This document shows, one piece after another, positions 26,378 to 37,496 of a DNA stretch of 39,100 nt. The notes under the pieces were generated by a model. It was not told the DNA's origin, ran no database searches, and saw only the letters and a list, made by a program, of their open reading frames with translations. Position 1 is the stretch's first letter; the number at the start of each line of letters is the position of its first letter. The stretch spans positions 1 through 39,100 of the forward strand of contig JACPMW010000009.1 in assembly GCA_016185805.1 (NCBI GenBank), written 5' to 3'. Position numbers and translations under genes: made by a program. This DNA comes from Candidatus Woesearchaeota archaeon. Its GTDB lineage: Archaea; Nanobdellota; Nanobdellia; Woesearchaeales; GW2011-AR4.

Positions 26378-27676
26378 ATGAAAATAGCAGTTGCAGGCGC
26401 CGGCTATGTCGGCTTGGTCACGGCGGCGTGCTTTGCCGAGATTGGAAACAATGTGATTTGCGTTGACATAGACGAGTCTAAGATCAATCACCTCAATAAT
26501 GGAGTCATTCCTATCTACGAGCCCGGCTTGGACAAGCTGGTTGCTAAAAACAGGAAGGAAAATAGGCTGGAATTCTCGACAGATTTGAAAAGCTCAATAA
26601 AGCAGTCTGAAGTAATATTCATCTGCGTAGGCACCCCCCCAAAGGATAATGGAGAGGCGGACTTGAGCTATGTCGAGAATGTTGCAAGGATGATTGCAGA
26701 GGCCATGGACTCGTACAAGGTGATTGTCGAGAAAAGCACAGTGCCTGTCGAGACTGGAGAAAAAGTTGTAAAATCCATAAGGGCTTACAATATCCATAAG
26801 GTTGACTTTGATGTGGTGAGCAACCCTGAGTTTCTCAGGGAAGGCAGCGCTGTCAACGATTTCATGCATCCCGACAGGATTGTCATAGGCGCCGAAAGCG
26901 AAAAGGCAAGGGAAACAATGAAAGCATTGTACCAGCCTTTAAATGCCAAAATACTGTTCACAGACATAAAAAGCGCTGAAATCATAAAGCATGCATCAAA
27001 CTCATTCCTGGCAACAAAGATTTCTTTCATCAATGCAATAGCAAACATTTGCGAGCTGGCAGGGGCAGACGTTGAAAAAGTTGCGGAAGGCATGGGGCTT
27101 GACAAGAGAATCGGAAAGTCCTTCCTCAATGCGGGCATAGGCTACGGGGGATTTTGCTTTCCAAAGGATGCAGAAGCTTTCATAAAAATAGCGGAAAAGC
27201 TTGGCTATGACTTCAGGCTCCTAAAGGCAACGCAGGAAATAAATAATTTCCAGAGAAAGAATTTCGTGGAAAAGATAGAAAATGCATTATGGATTGTAAA
27301 GAACAAGACTATTGGAATCCTTGGCCTGGCGTTTAAGCCAAACACAGATGACATGAGATTTGCGCCGTCAATAGACATAATCAACGAGCTGCAGAGAGAG
27401 GGGGCAAAAATAAAGGCTTATGATCCTGAGGCGGCCGGAAAAGCGAAGAGCATACTCAATAATATAGAATATTGCACCAATCCCTATGATGCTGCAAAGG
27501 AAGCTGATGCATTGCTGATACTGACGGAATGGGACGAGTTCAAAACAGTTGATTTAAATAGGATAAAATCAGTCATGAAGCACCCATTGTTGATAGACGG
27601 CAGGAATATTTTTGACCCGGAAGATGTTAAAAGGCTGGGATTTTCCTATATAAGCATGGGGAGGAAGGACAACTGA
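26378..27676 (+). CDS. ugd: UDP-glucose 6-dehydrogenase
   Basis: MKIAVAGAGYVGL, PIYEPGL, KSTVP, NPEFLREG, GYGGFCFPKD, GLAFKPNTDD. Start reassigned to ATG 26378 (TATA at about 26349). Confidence 0.95.
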   Translation: MKIAVAGAGYVGLVTAACFAEIGNNVICVDIDESKINHLNNGVIPIYEPGLDKLVAKNRKENRLEFSTDLKSSIKQSEVIFICVGTPPKDNGEADLSYVENVARMIAEAMDSYKVIVEKSTVPVETGEKVVKSIRAYNIHKVDFDVVSNPEFLREGSAVNDFMHPDRIVIGAESEKARETMKALYQPLNAKILFTDIKSAEIIKHASNSFLATKISFINAIANICELAGADVEKVAEGMGLDKRIGKSFLNAGIGYGGFCFPKDAEAFIKIAEKLGYDFRLLKATQEINNFQRKNFVEKIENALWIVKNKTIGILGLAFKPNTDDMRFAPSIDIINELQREGAKIKAYDPEAAGKAKSILNNIEYCTNPYDAAKEADALLILTEWDEFKTVDLNRIKSVMKHPLLIDGRNIFDPEDVKRLGFSYISMGRKDN

Positions 27677-28410
27677 TGGAAGCGATAATACTTGCGGCAG
27701 GTTACGCTACCAGACTCTATCCCTTGACAGAGAATACCCCAAAGCCGCTCTTGAATGTGGCAGGCAAGCCAATCATGGAGCACATAATCAAAAAATTGGG
27801 CGCTATAAAAGAAATATCCAGAATATACATAGTTACCAACCACAAGTTTGAGCAGCATTTCAGGAAATGGCTCCAAAGCTTTGATGCGCAAAAGCCCATA
27901 GAGATAATAAATGACGGCACAAAAAGCAACGAGGACAGGCTTGGGGCATTGGGAGATGTCCACTATACAATAAATGCAAAAAAAATAAATGACGATGTCA
28001 TTGTTGTTGCAGGCGACAATCTTTTTGAGTTAAATCTGTCGGATGTTGCCAATTTTTTCAGGAAGCGAAAGTCAAATACCATCGTATTGCACGATGTAAA
28101 GGATTTTGAGCTTGCAAAGCAATATGGTATAGTGGAGATAGATGAGAATTTAAGAGTGGTGCATTTTGAAGAAAAGCCAATCGTGCCAAAATCAACTTTA
28201 GCCTCGACTGGAATTTACCTGTTCCCAAAAAAAACCATTGAGCTTATCAAAAAATACATATCGCAAGGCAACAACCCCGACAAGACAGGCAGCTTCATCG
28301 AATGGCTCCACAAAAGAGATGCAGTCCATTCCTATGTGACGGACAAAAAATGGTACGACATAGGCAGCTTTGAGCAGCTGGAGATGGCCAACAGGCATTA
28401 CAGGCAATGA
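27676..28410 (+). CDS. Sugar-1-phosphate nucleotidyltransferase
   Basis: [33 protein letters not shown]. Confidence 0.92.
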   Translation: MEAIILAAGYATRLYPLTENTPKPLLNVAGKPIMEHIIKKLGAIKEISRIYIVTNHKFEQHFRKWLQSFDAQKPIEIINDGTKSNEDRLGALGDVHYTINAKKINDDVIVVAGDNLFELNLSDVANFFRKRKSNTIVLHDVKDFELAKQYGIVEIDENLRVVHFEEKPIVPKSTLASTGIYLFPKKTIELIKKYISQGNNPDKTGSFIEWLHKRDAVHSYVTDKKWYDIGSFEQLEMANRHYRQ

Positions 28411-29336
28411 AAACGGTTTTAGTAACAGGCGGGGCCGGCTTTATAGGAAGCCATTTATGCGGATTCCTTCTTAGCAAAGGCTTTAAAGTAATTGCGATGG
28501 ACAATCTTGCGACAGGCGGCTTGAAAAATATAGAGCATTTGAGAAGCAACCAGAATTTCAGCTACATACATCACGATGTTAGCAAGCATATTGCTGTAAG
28601 CGAGGAATTGGATTTTGTGCTTCATTTTGCATCCCCCGCATCCCCAATTGACTATCAAAAAATACCAATCCAGACATTGAAGGTAGGCTCTCTTGGAACC
28701 CACAATACACTTGGATTGGCGCTTGCAAAAAAGGCAAAGTATTTGCTTGCTTCGACATCGGAAGTTTACGGCGACCCTCTTGTAAACCCGCAGCCTGAAA
28801 CTTATTGGGGGAATGTAAATTGTGTGGGAATTCGCGGATGCTACGATGAAGCAAAAAGATTTGCAGAGGCTTTGGCAATGGCTTATCACAGAATCCACAA
28901 GCTGGACACAAAGATAGTCAGGATATTCAACACTTATGGTCCTGGAATGAGGAAAGATGACGGCAGGGTTGTGCCGAATTTCATAACACAGGCACTGAAG
29001 AATGAGCCGATAACCGTTTATGGGGATGGGAAGCAGACAAGAAGCTTCTGCTATGTAAGCGACTTGATTGACGGGGTTTTCAGCCTGATGAGCTCAAGCT
29101 TGAACGAGCCTGTGAATATTGGCAATCCTGACGAGCATACAATTCTGGAATTTGCAGAGATAATAAAAGAACTGACAAAAAGCAAAAGCAAAATTATTTT
29201 CAAGCCATTGCCTGTTGACGACCCTCATATAAGGTGCCCTGACATCTCAAAAGCAATGAAAGAGCTTAAATGGAAGCCAAAGGTGGCATTGAAAGAAGGG
29301 TTGTCAAGCACAATTGAATGGTTCAGGAAAAATTAA
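28407..29336 (+). CDS. UDP-glucuronate decarboxylase (UDP-xylose synthase)
   Basis: [53 protein letters not shown]. Confidence 0.92.
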   Translation: MKTVLVTGGAGFIGSHLCGFLLSKGFKVIAMDNLATGGLKNIEHLRSNQNFSYIHHDVSKHIAVSEELDFVLHFASPASPIDYQKIPIQTLKVGSLGTHNTLGLALAKKAKYLLASTSEVYGDPLVNPQPETYWGNVNCVGIRGCYDEAKRFAEALAMAYHRIHKLDTKIVRIFNTYGPGMRKDDGRVVPNFITQALKNEPITVYGDGKQTRSFCYVSDLIDGVFSLMSSSLNEPVNIGNPDEHTILEFAEIIKELTKSKSKIIFKPLPVDDPHIRCPDISKAMKELKWKPKVALKEGLSSTIEWFRKN

Positions 29337-30736
29337 GCCTGCATCACCCTTAATCTCTTCATCATTACCCATATCTTGGTTGCAGTATTCATACCATGCT
29401 TCTGTATGCTGGGCATCTTCCACAGGCGAAATCCCAATGCGCCCAAGAATCTGCCAAAATGCCTTTTTAAGAACAACTGCATAATTTTTTCCTGCCCTAG
29501 CCTGTAAGCCTTTATCCTTTCCTCCCTGGTGAATTCGTCAGTCTCAAAAACAGGCTCTTCACCCCAATAGTTAAGGTCATTCAGGAATTCCTCTGGCTGG
29601 TAGAGAAACTTGCCATTCTGCTTGACCCATTCATACATTTCTGTGCCTGGGTAAGGAATCATGTTATAGAACCTTAGCTGGTCCACATTTAGCTCTTCAG
29701 CCACTTTCAAATCTTTCAGAAAGCCTTCAAAATTTTCTCCGGGATTGCCTATTATGAAATTGACTTGCACCTTTATTCCAAGGGCTTTTGTCTCTGCCAC
29801 TGATTTCTTGAGCTGCTCCAGCGTCAAATCCTTTTTCAGCAGTTCCAATGAATGCGGGTCAGAGCTCTCCAAGCTGTATGCAATCCACGAAGTCCCGGCC
29901 TTCTTAAGCTTCTTTAGCAGGGCTTCATTTACCCTGTCAGCCCTCAATCCATTTCCAAAAAGTACCTTTAGCTTCATCCCGCTGCCAATTATCAAGTCAC
30001 ATATCCTTTCTGCCCTGGGCATGTTAAAAGTAAAATTGTCGTCGCTAAACTCAAATGTGTCATATCCCTTATTATGCCAGTATTTGAGCTCTTCCAGAAC
30101 ATTCTCAGGGCTTCTGGTCCTGAACGGATGCCCCATTACAAGCTGTATCGAGCAGAATGTGCACCTGTTTGGGCAGCCTCTTGATGAGATTATGGGTATT
30201 CTTTTTTCGAGCATCCTGTTAAGCTCAAACAGCTCATAATCAGGGAAAGGCAGCTTGTCAATATCCTGCTCCAATGGATAAGGGGGGTTCATGATTATTT
30301 CATCATCGTCTCTGTAAATAAGCCCTTTTATCTGGCTTATTGCATTGCCGTTTGCCAGCTCCAAAAATGTGCGCTCGCCCTCCCCATAAACAACATAGTC
30401 TATTTTTGTGTCCTCAAGTATCTTTGAATGGACAGTCGATGCATAAGAGCCCCCGATGGCTATCGGTATTTTTGGGTGCTTGGCTTTTATCGTGTCAATT
30501 ATTTCATAGGCCATTTTATAGCCTATAGACGCGGTGGTCATGCCAATCATATCAGGCTTAAATTCCTCGATTTTGCTGAACAAGTATTTGTTGGATGCGT
30601 GCATTCTCATGTCCACTAGCCCAGTCTCATGGCCGTCTCTCTTCAGGATAGCCGATAAGTAAGCAATCCCTGCATGTGGTATGGTTGCAGCTACATATCT
30701 TCCAATATTTGGCGGAACAATCAAAAGCACTCTCAT
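29333..30736 (-). CDS. Cobalamin-binding radical SAM protein
   Basis: B12-binding N-terminus (GIAYL, GEGE), [20 protein letters not shown]. Start reassigned to ATG 30736. Confidence 0.92.
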   Translation of the reverse strand: MRVLLIVPPNIGRYVAATIPHAGIAYLSAILKRDGHETGLVDMRMHASNKYLFSKIEEFKPDMIGMTTASIGYKMAYEIIDTIKAKHPKIPIAIGGSYASTVHSKILEDTKIDYVVYGEGERTFLELANGNAISQIKGLIYRDDDEIIMNPPYPLEQDIDKLPFPDYELFELNRMLEKRIPIISSRGCPNRCTFCSIQLVMGHPFRTRSPENVLEELKYWHNKGYDTFEFSDDNFTFNMPRAERICDLIIGSGMKLKVLFGNGLRADRVNEALLKKLKKAGTSWIAYSLESSDPHSLELLKKDLTLEQLKKSVAETKALGIKVQVNFIIGNPGENFEGFLKDLKVAEELNVDQLRFYNMIPYPGTEMYEWVKQNGKFLYQPEEFLNDLNYWGEEPVFETDEFTREERIKAYRLGQEKIMQLFLKRHFGRFLGALGFRLWKMPSIQKHGMNTATKIWVMMKRLRVMQA

Positions 30737-30903
30737 TATACCGAATATTTCGCTAAGAGCATATTTAAATGTTTTGGAAATCTGTGAGTGCACGCGAGAA
30801 TGCGTGCTCGCATCCATTTATGCGTTTGTAGCGTCTTTGAATCATTTGTCTTTAATAAGTTCTATTGGGCAAAAGTTATTTATAAAAAGAATTTTTTCCT
30901 GAA

Positions 30904-31692
30904 ATGATGGGGCAATTAAGCAAGGAAGAATGGCTCAGAAAAAGGCTAAGGGGCAATTTTCTGATACTGGACAAGAACGAGTTTCCAAAATTCACCAATA
31001 GCAGTTATGACTCTTCCTTGTTCGGGATAATCAATGGCGCATATGCAATCAATAACAGGCTGGATGATTTTCTCAAGATTATTGGGCAATCTGTTGTTTT
31101 TGACGAAAGGGCTGGCAACTACAGGATGGACGCTTCAAACATGGAAAAAAATAAAAAATTATTGCTGAAGGACAAGATATTATCCGGCTTGAATATTTTT
31201 GAGCTCAATCCAAGAGGCACAAATCACTTGGATTTCCTCGAGCAGTTAGGCGCGGCAATTCCGGAAAACGTCAAAAAAAACCAAATTCCAATATCCGGTG
31301 AAAAGGCAATAAACCTAAAGAACTGGAGCAGCAGCATTAATGGGAGATATGACATCACTTTCAGCAACGAGCTTATGGACGAAAACTCAGGGATTAAATA
31401 CGGGAATCACTCGGCTGTTTATTCGGCATTTGAGCTTTACTCCATGTTTGCCAACATAACAAGGAAGAGTGGCTTTAGCATACACTCGAATGGGAGCGCG
31501 ATAAGCAGCCTTTATGAGACATATTTCCAGTTTATAGGTTTCAAGGTGATTGAGTACTTCAGGAATTCGGATGGCAGTTTCAGATTCACCATGATTATGG
31601 AGAAGCTGAATGACAAGCAAACAAGCTTCGATGAATTTTTGTACATTTACACTGAGCTTAAAAAGAGATGGCCCACAAGATACGGGAATTAA
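30904..31692 (+). CDS. Hypothetical protein (possible degenerate SAM-methyltransferase fold)
   Basis: 262-aa ORF; NIFELNP and YDITFS only weakly resemble MTase motifs; TTTATAAA upstream. Confidence 0.6.
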   Translation: MMGQLSKEEWLRKRLRGNFLILDKNEFPKFTNSSYDSSLFGIINGAYAINNRLDDFLKIIGQSVVFDERAGNYRMDASNMEKNKKLLLKDKILSGLNIFELNPRGTNHLDFLEQLGAAIPENVKKNQIPISGEKAINLKNWSSSINGRYDITFSNELMDENSGIKYGNHSAVYSAFELYSMFANITRKSGFSIHSNGSAISSLYETYFQFIGFKVIEYFRNSDGSFRFTMIMEKLNDKQTSFDEFLYIYTELKKRWPTRYGN

Positions 31693-32807
31693 CTCCTTAA
31701 ATTCCTCATCATGCCGAACACGGCATTATTTATCCCATGCCTGTTTCTGTAGCCGAAATCAAAAAAAGCCGCAAAATCCGAATGCTTCAGGCTTGCGGCA
31801 AGCTCTGCCTGGGCGTTAAAGATAGCAGCCCTTTTTTCAGCTATTTTCTTGTAGCCAAGCTCATATTTTATGTCTGTTTTTAAATGGGCTTTTATGTAGT
31901 CGCTTATCTTCCCCTCATTTTTTGAGTACTCAATCTGCTGGGGAGCAAGCTCTATGGGCAATACAGAGCAAAAATCCTTTCTGCTTTCAGGATAGCCCTT
32001 CATGCCTTTCAGCGCATTTTCCGGGCTCCAGTTTTTCACAAATAAAGCGCCGTTTTTTTTGTCATTGTACTCTGCGCAGTTGCCGGATTTTATATTGACA
32101 AAATCATTCTTCACCAAAAAATCTCTGAATCTGCTTATCAAGTCCATAGTTATGTCAGTCGCGTCATTTACGCATGATATTAAAGATTCAAAATCACTCT
32201 CCCTGAGCCAATTTTTTCTCAAAAAGGAGATTTTTTTTAACTCGTCATTCCATTCGCTTTTTCCTTTTGTCAGCATCTCTAATGCCATTATGCTGTATTT
32301 CAGCGAATTTAGCCTTAACAGGGTGTCTCTGACATTAATGCTTCTCTTTAAAGACTGCTCAAGAAAATCTCTGGGATAATGCCTTATTATTATGTCGTTA
32401 AGCAGGGCCATATTTGAAAAGTAAAAGCATTTTGAAGAGATATCTTTTATCTTTACATCCTTTCCATAAATAAGCTTGAAGGTTGCTTCAGGATAAACGT
32501 ACCTTATATCCTTGAAAGAGGGTTCGTCTATATAGAAAAAAGGGTGCCTTGCTGTATACCTGCGCTCACGGTTAAGCATGTAAAAGCCCCTTTTGAAAAG
32601 AGGCATGGAAGAGGCTTTTTTTTCTTTAAATACAAAAATAAGGTCCATATCAGAAATTCCCGGATCTGAAACATCCCCCCACTCATAAATTGACACAAGG
32701 CCTTTTATCTTGCAGTATCTGTCAACCAAGTATCCAGCCAATTCTTCATAATCCTCTAAGACGCGCCTTTTTGGCAGGTTGTAAAATTTATATTTCAGTT
32801 TTGACAT
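31689..32807 (-). CDS. Pol-beta superfamily nucleotidyltransferase-fold protein
   Basis: SIYEWGDVSDPGISDMDLIFV (hG[S/D]x7-9DxD). Confidence 0.72.
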   Translation of the reverse strand: MSKLKYKFYNLPKRRVLEDYEELAGYLVDRYCKIKGLVSIYEWGDVSDPGISDMDLIFVFKEKKASSMPLFKRGFYMLNRERRYTARHPFFYIDEPSFKDIRYVYPEATFKLIYGKDVKIKDISSKCFYFSNMALLNDIIIRHYPRDFLEQSLKRSINVRDTLLRLNSLKYSIMALEMLTKGKSEWNDELKKISFLRKNWLRESDFESLISCVNDATDITMDLISRFRDFLVKNDFVNIKSGNCAEYNDKKNGALFVKNWSPENALKGMKGYPESRKDFCSVLPIELAPQQIEYSKNEGKISDYIKAHLKTDIKYELGYKKIAEKRAAIFNAQAELAASLKHSDFAAFFDFGYRNRHGINNAVFGMMRNLRS

Positions 32808-34074
32808 TTTGTTTTATCCTGAGCCAAGCCTCTTCGGAAAGGTCGAACATGCCGCTAACCAAATTTTTAATGCTGATGTCTGTTTTTCTGAATAATCCCA
32901 TGATTTTTGAGTTCAGCTGGTAAGCAAGCAGCGGGTTTACTCTCGATGCAAAATCCAGGAAAGGCACTTTTCCAAATCCCCCCCAGTTCCTCCTTATAGC
33001 GCTTGCTTCATCAATCACTTTCCAGTTTCTCCTTAAATCTTTTCGTGCAATGCCGAATGAGAATTTTTTGTAGACAAATATGTTTTTTGCATTGAGGTAT
33101 ATGGTTGGGAATAACGTGATGCAGTGCAGCAGGTTTTTGGCCTCATAGCTTCCCATATTGTGCCTCTTTTCAATTTTCAGTTTCCTGAAGTAGTTGACAA
33201 ACCAGAATAATTTGGCAAGGGCCTCCTGCGAGTGCCCCCTTAATTTGACATCCATTACTTCATCCCTAAAAAAGGATTTTGCATACTTGAATATTTCAAC
33301 CGGAAAATACACATTGCAATAATTCTGCAAATCATGCTCGCTGATAACAATGCTTCCATGGTGCTGCAATGGATCCATCCTGCAAAGAAAATGCCTCATG
33401 TAAAACATCCCCTTCCTCAATTCCAGCAGTTTTTTCGGCTCATCTATCGTTTCCTTGGAGACAATTGCCAGCGTGTCAGCATCGCTCCATCCTTTTATGT
33501 AGTCCCTTGTTGCAAAGCTTCCATGAAGGTAAAACCCTGCAAGATATTGCCTCAAATTTCTGCCTGCATAGCCCTTCAGCTCAAATAACGGCCTCAAATA
33601 TTCCAAATCGTTTTTTTTGTAGCCTTTAGCGCCAAATTCCATGCATTTTGGCTTTTTTAAATGCTTTGCATTTTTGCTTTTGACAGATGAAAAATCCCTG
33701 TAGAGGGATGATAAAATGGCTGCAAAACCAATACTTTTTTTTGCATCATTATCATGCATTTTGGCTGAATTGGAGAAATCATAGCCATTGTCATTCAGGA
33801 AAGCGGCAATTTCCCTTAATTTGTTTATCCTTTTGATGTTGCTTTTTGAAATATCCGCGGCAAAAGGAAAAAGAAAGTAGCCTTTGTATGAAAATCCCCC
33901 ATTGACGAATGAGTGCAACAGATCATTAAGCTCGTTTTGCAAAAACCTTAATAAATAATCAGAACCTATTTGGCTCAGATTCTGCCCGATATACTTATCT
34001 GGCAGGATGTGCTTAATCAGGCGCTCTTCACCTTCCAGGATATAGAAATCACCTATCCTGCTGTAGCCTTTCAT
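32788..34074 (-). CDS. Pol-beta superfamily nucleotidyltransferase-fold protein
   Basis: FYLHGSFATRDYIKGWSDADTLAIV (hGSx10DxD). Confidence 0.75.
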   Translation of the reverse strand: MKGYSRIGDFYILEGEERLIKHILPDKYIGQNLSQIGSDYLLRFLQNELNDLLHSFVNGGFSYKGYFLFPFAADISKSNIKRINKLREIAAFLNDNGYDFSNSAKMHDNDAKKSIGFAAILSSLYRDFSSVKSKNAKHLKKPKCMEFGAKGYKKNDLEYLRPLFELKGYAGRNLRQYLAGFYLHGSFATRDYIKGWSDADTLAIVSKETIDEPKKLLELRKGMFYMRHFLCRMDPLQHHGSIVISEHDLQNYCNVYFPVEIFKYAKSFFRDEVMDVKLRGHSQEALAKLFWFVNYFRKLKIEKRHNMGSYEAKNLLHCITLFPTIYLNAKNIFVYKKFSFGIARKDLRRNWKVIDEASAIRRNWGGFGKVPFLDFASRVNPLLAYQLNSKIMGLFRKTDISIKNLVSGMFDLSEEAWLRIKQNVKTEI

Positions 34075-35491
34075 TTTGGAAAATTGTCCTCATTATTTTT
34101 TTATCGTCTTCGTCAACCGCCCTTAAAAAATACAAGGCTGCAAAATAAGCAAGCGCAGAAACCAGTATTGTCAGAATCAGCCCAAAGCCGGCAAATTTTA
34201 TGACCAAAAGCATGGCAACCGTAGCAATCAGCGGCTTGGCAAGAATTCTGCCGAAGTTGTAAAAATACAGGCCTTTGGAGACATACAGGTAATACAAAAT
34301 AAACAAAAATATCTCTGTTGCAAAAGTTGCCCACGCAGCCCCTACATATCCGATTTTCGGTATCAGCATAAAATTCAGCAGCACATTAAAGCCTGCTGTC
34401 AGCCCCTGCCCAAGCATCCTTTTATCCTGCCTGTCAATTGACGAAAGCGTTGTCCCAAGAAGAAAATTAAGGAACTTGATGAACATGTACCATGATATTA
34501 TCTGCAGCGCTATTGCAGAGGATGCATATTCATTTCCATAGAAAAATTGCATGATCCTGCCGGCCAGAAAATAAGAGCCGACAGATATCGGCAGGCCTAT
34601 GATGTAGAGATACTTGAACGATTTCTCGTACAATATGCCGAGCTTTTCTTTTGATGATTTGTAGTATCTTGAAAGCACGGGGTAGATTGCATTTGTGTAC
34701 ACAGTCGGAATGAATAAGAGCGCAAGGGCAAGATTGTAGGCAGCGCTATAGATAGCAACTTCCTCATTTCCCCTCATCTTTGAGAGCATGACGCTTCCAA
34801 TGTAGAAGTATATGCTGCCGAAAACAAAAGCCAGCCCGAACGGCAGCGCGCTCTTCAGCATTGATTTTGCAAACTTAAAGTTAAAAAAAGGATTTATTGC
34901 TATAAATTTTTTGAGTGCGATCAGGAATGCGGCTAAAACAACCACAAGCTCAACAAGCACAAAAGTATAGCTGAATGCAACAATGCCATAGCCGCTGAAC
35001 AAGACGTAGAGGCCTGCAGCAGTCAGCAAAGCCATCCTGAATATCTTCAGGAAAGCGTCATATTGCATCATTTCAAATGCCCTGAAAATGGAATAGAAAA
35101 GCTCAGTGAATGTGGACAGTATTGCAAAAATCCAGATTATATAGACGATCTGCCTTGTGTCCATGGGATAATTGAGGGCATTCAATGCAGCCGCAATCAA
35201 AAAGTAAGTGATGAAAGCCAAGGCAATTTTGACAAAAAATGCATTCATGAAATATTTGCCCGCAAGCCTCCTGTCCCTTGAGATTTCCCTGATCAAGAAG
35301 GAATTAATCCCCAGGTCTGCAAACACTATGGCAATCAAAGACAACGACAATGCGAAATTGAACTTTCCAAAATCTCCCTTGCTTAAAAGCCTTGCAGCAT
35401 AAAGCATCACAACAAACTGCAGCAGCTTGGAAACTATTTCAGCTGCCCCCAAATAAATGGTATTTTTGTATATTCTTCTGCCTGTCCCCAT
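34049..35491 (-). CDS. Wzx/RfbX-type oligosaccharide flippase
   Basis: YAARLL...FGKF, DLGI...REIS, AIYSAAY, NVLLNFMLIPKIGYVGAAWAT; many TM helices. Confidence 0.92.
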   Translation of the reverse strand: MGTGRRIYKNTIYLGAAEIVSKLLQFVVMLYAARLLSKGDFGKFNFALSLSLIAIVFADLGINSFLIREISRDRRLAGKYFMNAFFVKIALAFITYFLIAAALNALNYPMDTRQIVYIIWIFAILSTFTELFYSIFRAFEMMQYDAFLKIFRMALLTAAGLYVLFSGYGIVAFSYTFVLVELVVVLAAFLIALKKFIAINPFFNFKFAKSMLKSALPFGLAFVFGSIYFYIGSVMLSKMRGNEEVAIYSAAYNLALALLFIPTVYTNAIYPVLSRYYKSSKEKLGILYEKSFKYLYIIGLPISVGSYFLAGRIMQFFYGNEYASSAIALQIISWYMFIKFLNFLLGTTLSSIDRQDKRMLGQGLTAGFNVLLNFMLIPKIGYVGAAWATFATEIFLFILYYLYVSKGLYFYNFGRILAKPLIATVAMLLVIKFAGFGLILTILVSALAYFAALYFLRAVDEDDKKIMRTIFQNERLQQDR

Positions 35492-35575
35492 GCCTCAAAC
35501 CAACAGATAGCCATATAAAAAGGTTGCTAAACTAGAGGGAAAACCTTTTAATAATGCCATGTTTTGTTCTGGGCT

Positions 35576-36745
35576 ATGAAAATATGCATATTGGCCACCT
35601 CTTATCCAAGGTCAAAAGATGACTATTGGGTGCCTTTCATGCACTCGTGGGCAAGGGAACTGGCAAAGAGAGAAGATGTTACAGTTGTGACTTCCGGAGG
35701 CCCTGATACAAGTGAATTTGAGTTAAGGGACAATGTCAGGATTTATCGCTTCAGCTATTTCTACCCAAAAAGGCTGCAGGCATTGACCTACACGGGAGGC
35801 ATGGGTGAAAGCTTCAATAAAAGCCTCATTGCAAAAATACAAGCCCCTTTCTTCATGCTAGCATTTATGCTCAAGTCATTGAAGTTAGCCAAAGATTGCG
35901 ATGTAATAAATGCCCATTGGGCCTTGTCAGGATTGGTGGCTTTGCCTTTGAAATGGCTTTATAAAAAGCCGGTTGTCTTGACAGAGCATGGAGGAAGCAT
36001 AAGGATGCTGCCAAAATGGCTTAACAAGTTTATAGTAAAAAGAATGGATGCCGTGACATCGGCGCATTATGACATGGCTGAGATTATCAAAAAAATGGGC
36101 GCAAAGAATGTTGTCGACATCAAAAATTTCCTGAACGAGGAAAAATTTCTGAAAGGCCATGACAAAGCTGCAATCAAAAAAAAGCTAAGGATAAAAAATG
36201 AGCTTGTAGTCACTTTTATTGGAAGGTTCGAGCCATTAAAAGATCCTCTGACTTTTGTAAACTCCATCCCCTATGCAGTAAAGTCAATGAAAAATGTCAA
36301 ATTTATTATGGTTGGAGATGGGCATTTAAAGGGCGAAATTGGAAGACAGATTGGAAAATTGGGCGTTAAAAAGCATTTGATTACGCCAGGCCCTTCCCCA
36401 AATGTTGAGGACTATCTTGCGGTATCTGACATATTTATAGCGTGCAGCGCAACAGAGAATTGCTTCAGCACAACTATTCTGGAGGCAATGCTTTCAAAAG
36501 TTCCATGCATCATAACAAAGGCTGGAATGACAGAAAGGTTTTTTGTTCATAAAAAAGACGCTTATCTTGTTGAAAAGAAAAATCCAAAGCAACTGGGAGA
36601 GTCTATTGTTAAGCTATTAAATGATAAAAAACTAAGGAAAAAATTGCCTAATAACGGATTAAGGTTTCTTGACGGATACGGGTTCAGGAATAAAGTCATA
36701 AAAGAAAAAATAATGAAGATTTTCAATGAGGTCGTAAAAACTTAG
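35576..36745 (+). CDS. GT4 family glycosyltransferase
   Basis: MKICILATSYP, INAHW, FIGRFEPLK, ENCFSTTILEAM. Start set to ATG 35576. Confidence 0.92.
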   Translation: MKICILATSYPRSKDDYWVPFMHSWARELAKREDVTVVTSGGPDTSEFELRDNVRIYRFSYFYPKRLQALTYTGGMGESFNKSLIAKIQAPFFMLAFMLKSLKLAKDCDVINAHWALSGLVALPLKWLYKKPVVLTEHGGSIRMLPKWLNKFIVKRMDAVTSAHYDMAEIIKKMGAKNVVDIKNFLNEEKFLKGHDKAAIKKKLRIKNELVVTFIGRFEPLKDPLTFVNSIPYAVKSMKNVKFIMVGDGHLKGEIGRQIGKLGVKKHLITPGPSPNVEDYLAVSDIFIACSATENCFSTTILEAMLSKVPCIITKAGMTERFFVHKKDAYLVEKKNPKQLGESIVKLLNDKKLRKKLPNNGLRFLDGYGFRNKVIKEKIMKIFNEVVKT

Positions 36746-37496
36746 GATTGTATGTTATATTATTCCTCTTTCTCAATTTAGTCATGACTTCATGCAATGT
36801 TTCTATCTCGAAGCCATCCTGCGTCATGAAAAATTCCTGTATCTGCCTGCCCCATTTCTTGAATGGAGTCGGATGCGTCAGGACAATAAGCAAGCCATTT
36901 GTTTTTCTGGCAATGTCAACAACATCCTTGTAGAGCGCCTTGATGTTTTCACCCTTGCCTTTGTGCAGATTGATGAATTCTATCTCCGGCAGATGCGGGA
37001 ATTCTATCAGGCCAAGCGTTGTTAAAAATGGCTTGAACAAGCTTAATTTTGTCCAGTTGTCATAGCTTGAGTCTGCCTTGAAGTAGTCCTTTACAAGCTT
37101 CAGGTCAGGCAAATGATACTGGTGCGCTCTTACGATTTCCGTTTTTTTCCCGATAAGCTCGTCTATAATCCCCTTTTCCTCAATGACTTTCTTCATGCTG
37201 TTTCCGATGAAATTAGCATGGTATTGGAAATCCCATTTCGAATTCCTGCTTGCCCACTTTTTTGATGGATGTGACATGGCAAGCAGGAACATTGTTGACT
37301 TGATGCCATACTTCTTCTCAATGTCAATTATTTCGTCAATATTAGGCTCGTACCCTTCGTCAATGTCATGCGTGAAAACAAGTGTTGGCTTGTCAAGCTC
37401 CAGGGATTTCTTATGATAGTCAAGATACTTTGTCTTTGCGTACCGTTTTCTTAGCCTCCTTATTGATGCAGCCAGAAGATAATGGAGATATCTCAT
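36723..37496 (-). CDS. Polysaccharide deacetylase-like (NodB/CE4) protein
   Basis: FTHDID, STMF, QYH, RAH, DSS, LTHP. Confidence 0.78.
   Translation of the reverse strand: MRYLHYLLAASIRRLRKRYAKTKYLDYHKKSLELDKPTLVFTHDIDEGYEPNIDEIIDIEKKYGIKSTMFLLAMSHPSKKWASRNSKWDFQYHANFIGNSMKKVIEEKGIIDELIGKKTEIVRAHQYHLPDLKLVKDYFKADSSYDNWTKLSLFKPFLTTLGLIEFPHLPEIEFINLHKGKGENIKALYKDVVDIARKTNGLLIVLTHPTPFKKWGRQIQEFFMTQDGFEIETLHEVMTKLRKRNNITYNPKFLRPH

Noticed and set aside
30737..30817. N-terminal extension of the radical SAM ORF
   Set aside because: MRVLLIVPP at 30736 is the typical start; the extension spans the TATA-like box and a hairpin.
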